Origin: Okamejei kenojei
Lineage: Eukaryota
NCBI GenBank assembly: GCA_035221665.1
Contig: JAVHYY010000112.1
Coordinates: 310,001-374,000, forward strand
Reading direction: 5' to 3'
Length of the DNA stretch: 64,000 bases
The position numbers and the translations under genes were made by a program. A model generated the notes under the pieces. The model was not told where the DNA came from, did no database searches, and worked only from the letters and a program-made list of their open reading frames with translations. Below are positions 1 through 11,600 of this stretch, one piece after another; position 1 is the stretch's first letter, and each line of letters starts with the position of its first letter.

Positions 1-390
1 AATGGTTTTCCTATCCAGGTCCAAATCAGCAGAGAACCTGGGCGGGAAATCTGGAGACAGATCTTGCCCGTCCCTGTTGAATCTTTTCAGTAAATATCGA
101 GGATCTTCTCCCGGTCGTTGGACGTACCAGAATAGCGTGAAACCTGATGTGTAGGTTGAGGTGTAATTGCAGCTGAGCGTTATTGTTTGCCCGTCCTGCC
201 CAGTTAATTCAGATGGATGCTGTGACACGGAATCTTCGCCAGCAGTCCCTGAAACGCAGATTATTCGAAATGAAGTGAAATGACCAGAGCGGACTTCTAT
301 TTTATTTTACGCTGACAATTCAAACAGAGACTCACCAGGAAGGGCAATCATTATCAGCAGAAAGGAACACGAGGAACAAGAGGAACACAT
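1..390 (-). CDS. TCR alpha/delta-type V gene segment, 3' end outside the window (leader exon 390-336, V exon 248-1)
   Basis: Leader MCSSCSSCSFLLIMIALP ends at a phase-1 GTGAG donor. An 87-bp intron ends in tttcAG. The V exon reads GTAGEDSVSQHPSELTGQDGQTITLSCNYTSTYTSGFTLFWYVQRPGEDPRYLLKRF...RFSADLDLDRKTI, with LSCNY, WYxQ and RFS motifs. Absent from the ORF track. Confidence 0.9.
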
Positions 391-1278
391 GATGTCTGCT
401 TTACAGTTAGAATACAAATCGTAGGTTACTTCTTGGAAATGTTACCTTTGCTTTCTTGCAATGCAGAATAAACTCAAAACCGAGGGAGAAGAGGGCGGTG
501 TTCGGGCAGGGATAGGCTGGGTATTAACCGCCGTCATACGGGGACCAATGAGAATGAATATTGTGAAATGATTGGATGGCTGAATCAACGTCAGTTCATT
601 CCTTGTCTCACTGAGTATATTTGAGAAAATAAATAACGAATGAGCAAGGAGGGCAGAGGCCGCCAAGGATTACGTAAGCGCATACTATTTCGTTTACAGG
701 TGTGTGTGGTAATCATAACGAAATATACCTTAACACTAGAAGCGCAAGCGATTTTATCGAACATGGCATTTTGTCTGTACGTGAAGGTGGTCTTTTTTTA
801 TTCTGAGCGTGGCAGGCAGAATTTTCATTCCTTTAGACTAATTGCTCGGATGAAAGGTTGTTCCAAGGAAGAATGTTCCGCAGATGTGTTTTATAAGCGG
901 CACAGCAGGAACGCGTACCTTAGTCAGGCAGGCAAAAAACCTGAAACAGTTTGAACGGTCGAATCGGGCAATGTGTTCCTCTATTAGGAAATACTTGAAA
1001 AGGTGAATCTTTCGCAGATGTAATGCAAAATGTCAATATTTTGGGTATGATGTGACTCAGTAATTCCATGCGCAGAAAACGGCAAGAAAATGGTTGCAAT
1101 TTATTATAAATTGAGTTCAGAGCTTTCAGAGCGAGGTGGGAGTTGCATTTTCCGTCCACACCGGGCGGCGTGACGGCGTAGAATTAAAGCGTGCCTTAAT
1201 GATCGACGTACCGAGCTCGAGCGACTTACCAGCCTTATCCAAGAGCTCTTCCGTTCGTTGAGGGGCTCCAGAATAAAA

Positions 1279-1292
1279 GCGCCCTCTATTGA
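1279..1292 (-). promoter_or_regulatory. candidate CTCF-binding motif
   Basis: Minus strand TCAATAGAGGGCGC resembles the CTCF core; about 0.9 kb upstream of the V leader at 390. Confidence 0.35.
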
Positions 1293-2529
1293 GTTCTCAC
1301 TGTAACTCCCAGCGTGGACTTTGCGTCTGGGATCCAAGTCAAGTTGAGTTTACTGTTGAACGCAAAATTACCGCAAGGTACAGTTACCATGAAATTCTTG
1401 CTTGCAAGCATCCGCTCAGCCACGTAGACGCTGACAACGCATCAAGCTTTAATTATACATACATTTTACACAAATAATGTACAAGACCGTGAAATTGAAA
1501 TGATCATGAAAAACAAGGCAGCAGTGCAAAACATAATTCGAAAAATAGTTATGGGACAGGTGGTCAGCGTGTTTCATGCATGGGGTACGATTAGGGATCA
1601 GGGCGTAGGTGGAATTACCTGATCTTTGCAGTAAATAATCTGTCTCTCAGCGTAGTGGGGTTGGGACTTCTAACGTCCGTATATCCAACCCGTCGGTGTC
1701 GAATGGGTCCCTTATTGTACTGAAATGTTACGAGATCCATAGCACTGAAATATTCAGTGGATTCAGCGTTGAGGCATTGAGGTCTCCAATTTTCGGTAAC
1801 CCCCCCCCCCCCACACTTTTCTCCCTCTCTTCCCCGTCCCAACCTGGTACGTATCAATTTCGCACAATATTCCGCCATCTTCTCCCTTTCCCCTCACCCC
1901 CTTCTACCTATATCCCCTCCTCTGATTTCACATTTATCTCCTCTTCTCTTCTTACCTTGCACTCTAGCGTCTCCTTTATATCTCTAGTTTGTGTCCACTC
2001 GTCTGCTAATCAAATTCCTTCTCACCTGCATCCACCTATCACTTGCCGTCCCCCTCTCTTCTCTATCTTCCCCTCCACTAATGTTCCGACCTGAAATGTG
2101 CCCTCACCATGTGATGGTGCCTGAGGTGCTGAATAACTCCAGCACTTCCTGTTTTTCTCCAGATTCCAGCATCTGCAGTCATTACTTGCGTAATTGGCAA
2201 ACTGAGGCAAACAACTATTACATGGCCTCTTAAATCCCTTCAGAAACAATCAATTATGCCTGCCTGGACCAATTATCGTACAACAACAATGCTGGCAGGG
2301 GCATTTTGATTCCTTGAAAATAAAAATAAGAGAATGTACCGAGAAATAGCAATTTCGTATGGCATGTAATAAGATAATTTGTTTCCCATATAGAGTAAAA
2401 ATTCTAACAGCAAGGACAACCATTAATTTGAGTCGGCTTGAATGAAGTGCCAATGCATGTTAATATGTTCGTTCATCCCAATAACTGTTGTAATATAATA
2501 GAAACATAAATTATGTCTCCGACCGGAAA

Positions 2530-3329
2530 AATTTATCGATTAATTTAAAAGGGGATTTTAGAGCTCTCCGAACCTAGTCTGCGTCCCCACATAGAACCAC
2601 GTGTTAGTGCAGGAGCTTAGAATCTCCAGCAGTTATCCGCTTCTTTGCAGGATAAACCTTGGGTCGTTGGCATTGGTGCCGTTCGGATAAATATTGTGGG
2701 CAATTGCACGAAAATAAAATTTACAACGAACGTCAACCACTGTAGGATGAAACTTCCTGAGATCGTCATGAGTAAAATAACGGATGTTCTCCAGTATTCT
2801 ATCTCGAGGTCGTTCTGTTTACGATCAGCAGCATCACGAGGGGAACGCATTGATTCAGCATCCAGTGTAACCATTCATACACTATCCGTGTCATTAAAGT
2901 GTAATTGGCTTATTTAAAGCCGCAGAAACAAGGCATGTTATCAATGAGCTTCATGGGCTCGTATTCAAAGTAACAGTGAATAGTGTTCAAACAGCATACG
3001 TTTCCTATGACGATGGGTGACGTCTTCTATGTGGAATATCTACTATTCAGCTCTGGCAGCAAATGACAATTAACCGATTTAAGGTGATTTCAACTGTTAA
3101 CCATGCATAAGCATCTTTGGAAAGCCAGCTTAAGGTTATAAACGATACTGCAGGATGGAGTGGTAGACAAAACACTATAGGAAATACATCGTCCGAAGCC
3201 GCCTTAATATCACAGCGGTGTTCATGACCAAAACAAAATCCGCCACCGACACCTAGACCAGGTAAAACGTGACACAATTCTCAAGGCTGCGCCTTCCTTT
3301 AGAGAGAATCGCAATTGTCACCTGGTTAG
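2530..3329 (-). pseudogene. GPR139-like GPCR pseudogene (exon 2)
   Basis: Acceptor cctacAG is followed by ANQVTIAILSKGRRSL, then LSWLSKDAYAWLTVEITLNRLIVICCQ, KQNDLEIEYWRTSVILLMTISGSFILQWLT and LEILSSCTNTWFYVGTQT. In-frame stops and frameshifts; homologous to the intact copies at 45156 and 58847. Confidence 0.9.
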
Positions 3330-3417
3330 CTGTAGGGGAGAAGAGAATTGATAGTTAGTACGCTCTCCAAAGCCGACAATACCAAAGCATTGAGAGCCTG
3401 CAATTACATTTTTACAT

Positions 3418-3590
3418 TTAAATACTGAGGGAAACGGAGGTTGTGGACTGCTCGAACATGGGGAACATTTTGCACGTATCTAGGATGTCCAATCTCGGAG
3501 GAAATGTATATGTTTCTATAAGATCCTTTCTCATCCTAAATTCCAGTGCATACAAGCCCAGTCGACCCATTCTTTCCTCATATGTCAGGC
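3418..3590 (-). mobile_element. CR1 LINE 3' fragment
   Basis: GLTYEERMGRLGLYALEFR...DLIETY matches the CR1 ORF2 C-terminus seen at 30132-31148. Confidence 0.8.
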
Positions 3591-3824
3591 CCTGCAGCTT
3601 TGGTCTGTCTCTCCATCGCTTGATGCTAATCGGGTTATCGCGCATATTTCATTAAGGTTTGAAACATTCATCCTGTGCACTCGTGGCTCGCGGAATTAAA
3701 CTAGGGCACACTATATTTTACCGCCAATGAATCAGTGCCTGTTAAATAAGAACGTGGAAACTAACGACCAGGAAGACAAATAAGGACGTCAGTAAGTCAG
3801 ACCAGACATGTTGTGCATGCAAAT

Positions 3825-3926
3825 AAACAGCTCGGAATTTGCTAAGCTGCAAATTCCGAGCTGTTTTTGCAAATTCAATAGCAAAATTTAGCTTATTAAC
3901 AATAGCTATTGAATTTGCAAAAACAG
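3825..3926. repeat. two overlapping perfect inverted repeats (18 bp and 22 bp arms)
   Basis: AAACAGCTCGGAATTTGC (3825-3842) pairs with 3849-3866; CTGTTTTTGCAAATTCAATAGC (3861-3882) pairs with 3905-3926. Confidence 0.9.
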
Positions 3927-4427
3927 AATATAAAATGTTGGGAATGCTTGAAAGTGAAGTTAATATTGCTGGAGAGAGAAACACTGTGTTGCGGATCAGA
4001 AGCCTCAATAAAGGAGGGAACATTAATTACAAAATCTATTACAGTGTTTTCTGGTAGCTGATAAGGTCTAGGCAACAGCAAGGGTTGTATTTCTTTTCCG
4101 CGTAGCTTCATTGAGGATTGCTGGCGATTGACGCGGAAGTGAGCTCACACAGCTTGATATGAGACCAGACTAAACCTGAGATTGAACCAGATAATTGTCC
4201 ATTTAATTCCATTAGGAATTATTGACCGTCATGGTTTATACAGGTACATCTTCAGAGTCGCCTTCCTTTGCGTTGATGTTCTCCTCTCTCACATTACTGT
4301 TCGCAAAGACGTTCTGCATTGTGTGAGTCCGTGGCTCTTTCCACGCATGCGTTCGCCTGACACAAATGCAATAGGTTGCTTGGGGGAAAGTACCCAGTCG
4401 CATTCGCGTAGTACGCGGTGAAGAGCC

Positions 4428-5603
4428 ATGGTGATAATAATACTGTTGCTGTTACTGTCGATGCACTGTGAGTATTGCTATCTATATTCCAATAGCGCGC
4501 CTGATAGCTAACATTCCGACTCAGCGACGAAGGAATGGGAATACGTTTCAAAATCGGGATGGCGTGTGGCTTGGAGGGCAACATCCAGCTGGTGGTATTC
4601 GAAAGTATTTTGTTGCCATTGTCCTTTCAGTTCTGACAGGTGGTGGATTTTCAAGATGATGTTTGAGTAGTCAAACAGAATTGCCGGAGATAGACAGCAT
4701 TCCGCCTTTACCAACGCTCTCAGTTGCCATATATTTTAACCTGCCTTCCCACTCAGTTACTGACCTGTCTGTCCTGAGCCTCCTCTACTGTGAGAATGTG
4801 GCCTCAAACTAATTCGAATAGCAGCACCTCCTTTATTCGCTTGGGCAGCTTACCTCCCTGTGGTATGAATATTGATGTATATTATTTCAAGTAACCGTTG
4901 CATTCTCTCTCTTTCCGCCCCTCCCCCATTCTAGTCGTCTTGCTAGCTTCATTATTTGTATCACCTTTATTATGACCTCGACCACAGCTAACAATGGATC
5001 ATTGTGGGCTCTACCATTCGAATGCATCCTTCGGACCATTGAACACTTGTGATTTTTTGTCACGAATTCAGCAATATATATATAGAAATGCAACATTTAC
5101 CCGACTTACAAGAAACACATTCATATATCCGGAGGGAAAATATCGGTGAAGGCATGAAGTAGAATTTTTTCTAATTGTTTCATTAACTTTGCGGTTCTTC
5201 GGGACATGTGTTCTATGACTGCTTGTCGACCGTTGTAGATTAACATTTGTTTTTGTGAACTTAAGTTAATTCGTTAGCTTTCTACCTCTGTTCATAATAC
5301 TGTTTCCTCAGCAGGTGCCCTTGCGGGCGAGGTGCTTCAGTCTCCCGCCTCGCTTACGGTCAATCCAGGAGATGCGGCGCAGTTCAATTGTGTTTTCAAT
5401 GCCTCGGTGGTATCCGCCTTCTACTGGTTTACAGAGAGTCTGGACGGGCGGCTGGAGCACGTCCTGACCATGAAACTCAGCGATAGAAATGTAGTAGGGC
5501 GACACGAGATCATGCTGAGTTCTGCTGAAAATCGAGGCTATTTGGCTCTAAGGAGGACGGAAGTACGGGATACAGCGCTGCACTACTGTGCGATCCAGGT
5601 GTT
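4428..5603 (+). CDS. divergent antigen-receptor V gene segment (leader exon 4428-4467, V exon 5315-5603)
   Basis: Leader MVIIILLLLLSMH ends at a phase-1 GTGAGT donor and joins after ctcagcAG, giving C-ALA-GEVLQSPASLTVNPGDAAQFNC...YWF...DTALHYCAIQV. Both Ig cysteines and the Trp are present, and a consensus RSS follows. Confidence 0.85.
4700..5040 (+). mobile_element. Penelope-like element fragment in the V leader intron
   Basis: Decayed match to the GIY-YIG 3' end at 19040-19217 (gacctgtctgtcctg...cagcacctc...ttcgcttgggcagcttac...ggtatgaatattg). Confidence 0.7.
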
Positions 5604-5642
5604 CACAGTGATGGCAATGAATGGGGTCGCTGTACAAAAACC
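5604..5642 (+). other. 23-bp-spacer recombination signal sequence (perfect consensus)
   Basis: CACAGTG, 23 nt, ACAAAAACC. Confidence 0.97.
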
Positions 5643-6529
5643 TCGTCTCTGGAACATTTCATCCTGCACACCATATTTCGTTATCCTACCGCAATCAGTC
5701 TAAAGGCGAGTCCCTTCGCCAATCCTTTCCCTCTAGAGCTGAGGCCTGGCGGATGATTGAGAAGAAGCAGAATTACCTAAATAGTATCATTAAACTTGAG
5801 TGTAACCGCTGGAAACCCACGCGTTGTGGCGTCAGATCCTTCTTCAGACTGAGCCCCCTCAGCCTGAAGAAGAGTCTGGACCCGAAACGTCACCTATTGC
5901 TTTTCTCCGGAGACGATGCCTGACCCGCTGCGTTTTTTCCAGCATTGTGTGCCTATTTTCGAAATAAGTTGCGCAACTTCTTCAGAAAAACATACATGGA
6001 AACTGCGCAGCGCTGCATTTTAAACCAGGAATAAGTTGCCCTTTGAAAGGACAGGGATGAGATTTAGTGGGCGTTATAGACGAGCAAGGGGAAAGCATAT
6101 TCAATAACCGGTCGCAGTTAAACATACAAGGGAGTAGAGAAGGGGATAGACGACGGAATCCTCGGTTAATTTGTACAAATTTGATTGTTCTGTTCAGGGT
6201 TTCCAGCAAATATCTGAAACCTCATATTTTGTGATTTCGCTGCGACTGGTGATCGCTGCCAGGTAAACTCCACTGACACAGCTGGTAGCAGGTGCCTTCA
6301 GCTTAGCCAATGAACATAGCTGGTGGTAAATATGCGGTTTTTGATAAAATTCAGCACAGAATCTCGGTACACGTGACAATAATCAACAAATACCAATACA
6401 AATAGCATCAGGTAGACACAAAATGCCGGAGTATTTGTGTGAATGGAATGGAGTGGAGAATGGAATTTGCCCCTCTCACGTTAAATCCAGTATAAACCTC
6501 ATACCGGCATCCGGATTTTTTGTGGGCTA

Positions 6530-6552
6530 TTTCCGCTGACGTCATTGTGGTT
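6530..6552 (+). promoter_or_regulatory. candidate T-cell regulatory module (ETS/NFAT-like, CRE, RUNX)
   Basis: TTTCCGC, palindromic TGACGTCA (6537-6544) and TGTGGTT (6546-6552) are contiguous. Confidence 0.4.
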
Positions 6553-6658
6553 TCAGCTCGGGTTCTTCTCACTCAGAGAAAATGTTTCCGAGCCAGTGCC
6601 TGTGGCCAGTTGCAAACTGCCGGCAGCGCGTAACATCTGTGCCCCAGTAGCCTGCGGC

Positions 6659-6994
6659 AGTTATTGTACGAGGATTCCGTGCGTTCACGTCCCTGCCAGA
6701 CTCTGCACCGTAATACATCGCCGTTTCAGGCAACAGCTGCGTAATGGTCAATTGATACTCCGTCACCGATTGTTGGAGCACATCAGAAAATCTGCCTTTA
6801 GCGAAATTCGTCGCATATTCAGAGGCGTTACTATTGTATCTCCCCAAATTAAGTTTGGCCCACCCGGCTCTCTACTGGCGATAACAAACTGTATAACATG
6901 GGGAAATTGTGTGTAGGTACAAGATAAGGTGACGTTCTGCCATCCGTCGCTGCGATTGTTTCCCGCTGCATCAAGGTATCGGCAGAGCTCAGAC
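6659..6994 (-). pseudogene. TCR V pseudogene with degenerate 23-RSS
   Basis: Acceptor ctccAG, then GLSSADTLMQ, (frameshift) NVTLSCTY, (frameshift) YRQ*, then FAKGRFSDVL...YQLTITQLLPETAMYYGA with the second Cys changed to Gly. Followed by GGCAGGG, 23 nt, ACAATAACT. Confidence 0.85.
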
Positions 6995-8662
6995 CTGGAG
7001 TAAGGCTAAAGAAAAGTCGTGAAATTGGAAAGCTAGAAACATATAAACATAGAAAATACGTGATGGATGAGGCCATTCGGCCCTTCGAACCAGCACCGCT
7101 ATTCATTGTGATCATGTCTGATTGGTTGATCGCTGATCAAATTTATCTCAACGGTTCAGAATAAACATAATAGGCAAGATTGAACGCATTGGCGTTTACA
7201 GAACAAAAAACAGAATTCGAAACAAAAGAAAGGACAGCGACAAACGTATCTGCAACTGTTGTAATCTTGAGCAAATACCAAAGTGATGGATGCACAGAGC
7301 GTTGCAGGCAGCATCTGTGGAGGGAAATGAAAGACGACGTTTCGGGTCAGGACCCTTTTTCAGACTGCTTCCAAAAGGACGGTGTATGCTCGTTTCCCCA
7401 CACCCTCCCATGCCTTACACTATCAGGTTGACTGCCGTTCCTTCCTTCAACCAAGCGCATTCTTGGTATGAGTGATCGACTAATTAGCTATGTGTGATCC
7501 ACTTCACTTACTCCATCTAAGAATTCACATATTCTTCGCACACGCGATGAAATTGTATTTGCGGAACTTCACACCGGTCCATCAACGACGATGAGCCGCA
7601 GTACTGCCCAACTGATGCAAATATCCACGCTCTCGAAAATCGTCCGTCTCGCTTAGAGGGATTAAAGCTTTTCCGGGTAAACATTCCATAGTGATTATAA
7701 TTGCCCCGCGCTTCGCACGCTCTCTCAGTTCCGATTCGCAGTGCGCCAGAATCTTAGTAAAATTCTAACTAGTTTAACACATTAGCCTTCCTACTCATTA
7801 TCATTGTCAGCCACGGTGCGGCGTGCGCAAGTAGTCGCAGTTTACCCTTCGTAAGAGCCGGATATTTGGGTTTCCAGCGACGACCCGGCAACTGTCAGAG
7901 CGATTGGGTAAGTCTGATGAGCTGGCATAACACCACTTCCCGTAAAATAACAATCGGAAGGCGCGAGTAATTCTGGCTGGAGCGTGAGTGACCAACCGAG
8001 CTGCCTCAGATGTCCGTGCATGCTGATTTCAGAATATTCAGAAATTAAGATCGGTGGTGAATGGCAATCTTAAGAAAAATATGTAGAAAGTTTATTTTTC
8101 AGATAGTAGGATCTCCAGCAAAAGGAAGGGAACCAGGATCGCCAGTTGACCACCTTTAGGAATAATTGCTCTCTTTCTCCGTTCTCATAAAGTGTCTGGC
8201 GACTGCGAAGCTGACGGTGTTTCTCATCGCCATTGCCGGCTGAACTGCTGAGTTATTTTTCCACTATTAGTCCCTTTTTGTCGCGGAGCTCCAGCATGTT
8301 GGTGTCGTTTGATTTGTATTTAATATGACAAGGGAGCTCAACACATGGGACTCCTACACCCATCTCGATACGCATTCCCACCGTCTGTAGAACTTTCTGT
8401 GGCCACGAGCAGGCCATTTGTCGCTATATGAAATTTGGACTGTGGTAGTCGCAGTTCTTGAAGCCTTCTTAAACGTATGTTATCACGGCAGGGTATAGAG
8501 CCAGGTATTATAATGTGCCCTTCGGTAGCACGCATTTCTCACAGTCGTATAATTCGGACTCCCAATCGCTGAAGGAGAGACATTCGCAGAATCATACAGC
8601 AAGAAAACAACCCCTTGTGCCTATTCAGTCGTGAAAACAGTCCAATACATGGTTCCAATTTA

Positions 8663-11600
8663 TTATTATTTTTTTTGTAAAATATTTTTATTAGAAGTAA
8701 ATACATAATAAGAAGAAATAATATAAAATCAAAAAGAAGAAACATATTATTCGTCACATACATTCTTAATATTTTTAAAGTTTACAGTCATTCTTATTTA
8801 TACTTCTATACTTTTTATTATTTTATAACAGAAAGAAGATGGTAAAGAGAAAAAATAAAAATAAATAAAATAGAAGTAGAAAATCGATAAAATGAGTGGA
8901 GTATTAAGCAGGCTCTTCTTCATTGGAGATATATTCGTGGTCTATTGTATATAATTCTTCATCTATTCCTTCATTCAGGCTTCAGTCAGGCCCTCGAACC
9001 GGACCACCTTGACCCTTTAAGTATTCAATAAATGGAGACCACATTCCTCTGAATTGATCTAGCCTGTCCAAAAGGACAAGTCTTAATCTTTCCAGATGAA
9101 GTGTCTCCAACATTTCTGTAATCCACATTTTGATAGTGGGGGATGTAGGGCCTTTCCAAAATCTTAGTATTAGTTTTTTGCCAATTATTAAACTATAACC
9201 AATAAAAGTTATTTGCTGTGTTGTAAGTAGTTGATCCGTTTCTAATATTCCTAATATGATTAATTTTGAGTCTGGAGTCAAATTTGCATTAACTACATTC
9301 GAGATTATCTTAAAAATTTCTATACAAAAATTAGTAATTTTTGTACATTTTGTGAATGAATGCGTTAAATTAGCTTCTAAATGCTGACATTTATCACATA
9401 TAGCAGAAACATTTGAAAACATTCTGTTTAATTTGGATTTTGAGAAGTGTAATCTATGTAAAACTTTAACTTGTATCAAGGAGTGTCTGGCATTTAATGG
9501 TGTATATGTTGTAAATTTTCATTCCATACTTCTACACTAATGTTTGACCTAATTCATTTTCATATGCTTGCCTATATTTTTCCAGCTTTGGTAAATCATT
9601 TTCCAGTAAAATATTATAAATATATGATATTAGTTTTTCTGTATTCGGATATTTATTTAGGCATTCATGTAAAATTTCTGTCTTTCTATTTCTAAAATCC
9701 CGTGTGTTTGATTTAACATAGTCTCTGATTTGTAAATATCTAAAGTACTCGTTTGAGTGTAATCCGTAATTTTGTTGTAATCCTGAAATGAAAGGAATAA
9801 ACTTTCCCTATAGAGATCACCCATCTTATTTATTCCATAGTTCTTCCATTAAAAAAAAAACTTTATCCATCAATGAAGTTTTAAAAGTAATGTTGTTTAC
9901 AATGGGAAGAGCCAGTGGTATACTTTCTAATGTTAATGTTTTCTTTAATTGTTTGCAAATACGTATGCCACTTTCTATTATTGGATTTCCTCTATACATT
10001 TTCTTATGTATTTTAGTATTTGCAAATAAAATCGAGCTAATTTCGAAAGGTGAACAATCTGCCTTTTCCATTTTTAACCAGTTTGGTTGTTTATCTACTT
10101 CTTCCAACCAAAAATTCATATTTTTAATATTAACTGCCCAGAAATAAAACATAAAATTAGGCAATGCAAAACCTCCATTCATTTTTGATTTACATAGATG
10201 TTTTTATTTATTCTATGGCTCTTATAATCCCAAATAAAATTGGTAACTATCGAGTCCACTTTCTTAAAAACATTTTTAGGAAGGTATATCGGGATCAGTT
10301 GAAACAGGTATAATAATTGCGGAAGAAAAATCATTTTAATCGCATTAATTCTACCTAGCATTGAAATAGGTAATGTTTTCCAATATAGGATATTCTTAAG
10401 TAGTTGATTCAATAGGGGTGGGAAATTAGATTTAAATAAAGAATCATATCTTTTTTGTTACATGAATTCCAAGATATTTGATTTTCTCATTTGCTATCTT
10501 AAAAGGATATCGTTGTAATATATGTGAGTTATTTCCCATTATTGGCATCAGTTCACTTTTAGTCCAATTAATTCTACATCCTAAAACAATCCACATTGAG
10601 TTATTAAATCTAATAAGTTAGGAACACTAATTTCCGGCTTTGTAATATAAAGTAATACATCATCTGCGTATAAAGAGATTTTATTTTCATATTTTTTAGT
10701 TTCATACCCGTATATTTCCGGATGTAATCTCACGCGTTGTGCTAATGGTTCTATTGCAAGTGCAAACAATAGTGGGGATAAAGGACAACCTTGTCTACAG
10801 CCTCGGAATAAATTAAATTTAGTTGTTAACATTTGATTTATTAAAATTCTAGCTGTTGGCTTGGTATATAGTAGCTGAACCCATGTTATAAACTTCTCAC
10901 CCAACTGAAAAGTTTCCATAACCGAAAATAAATAAGACCATTCAATATGATCAAAAGCTTTCTCTGCGTCCAATGAAATAATTGATAAATCCTTGTTAAT
11001 GTTTCTTTTTGAATATATAATATTGAATAATCTTCTCAGGTTGTTTGAGGAGTATCGTTTTGGTATAAATCCTGTTTGATCTGACTGAATTACTTTATTA
11101 ATCACAGCATTTAGTCTTTGTGCTAGTATTTTAGTTAATATTTTTTGATGAGTATTTAAAAGAGCTATAGCTCTCTACGACACTGGATCATCCAGATTTT
11201 TATCTGGTTTAGGTATGAGCGTTATAATAGATTCATTTAATGTTTCTGGTAACTTGTGTTGTGCATAAATGTGTTCATAAAGTGTCTTTAAACGTGGAGC
11301 TATCATATCATAGAATGTTTTATAAAATTCTGATCCAATACCGTCCGGTCCTGGAGTTTTACCATTTTTTAATGACCTAATAGCTTCTTCGATTTCTTTA
11401 GTAGTTATTTCAGCGTTTAATAATTCTCTATTTTCTGAATCCAGTCCTTTTAGATTACAATTTTTTAGGAATGTTTCTACTCCTGTCCGATTTTCTGTCG
11501 GTTTGGCTGAATATAAATTTTTATAATATTGCAAATATCTCTCATTTATATCTTCAGTTTGTACTAGTGATTCTCCTTTGTCTGATTTAATCCAATGGAT

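Noticed and set aside
5154-5205. Possible leader exon for the V at 5315
   Set aside because: The ATG is followed by an immediate stop and there is no good donor; a clean leader exists at 4428-4467.
6336-6375. RSS-like ggtttttga...acacgtg
   Set aside because: Poor heptamer and spacer; cgtgacaataa is a retroelement 3'-end motif also seen near 35744 and 47201.
6515-6549. J-type RSS (ttttttgt...cattgtg)
   Set aside because: The spacer is 19 nt and no FGxG J motif follows.
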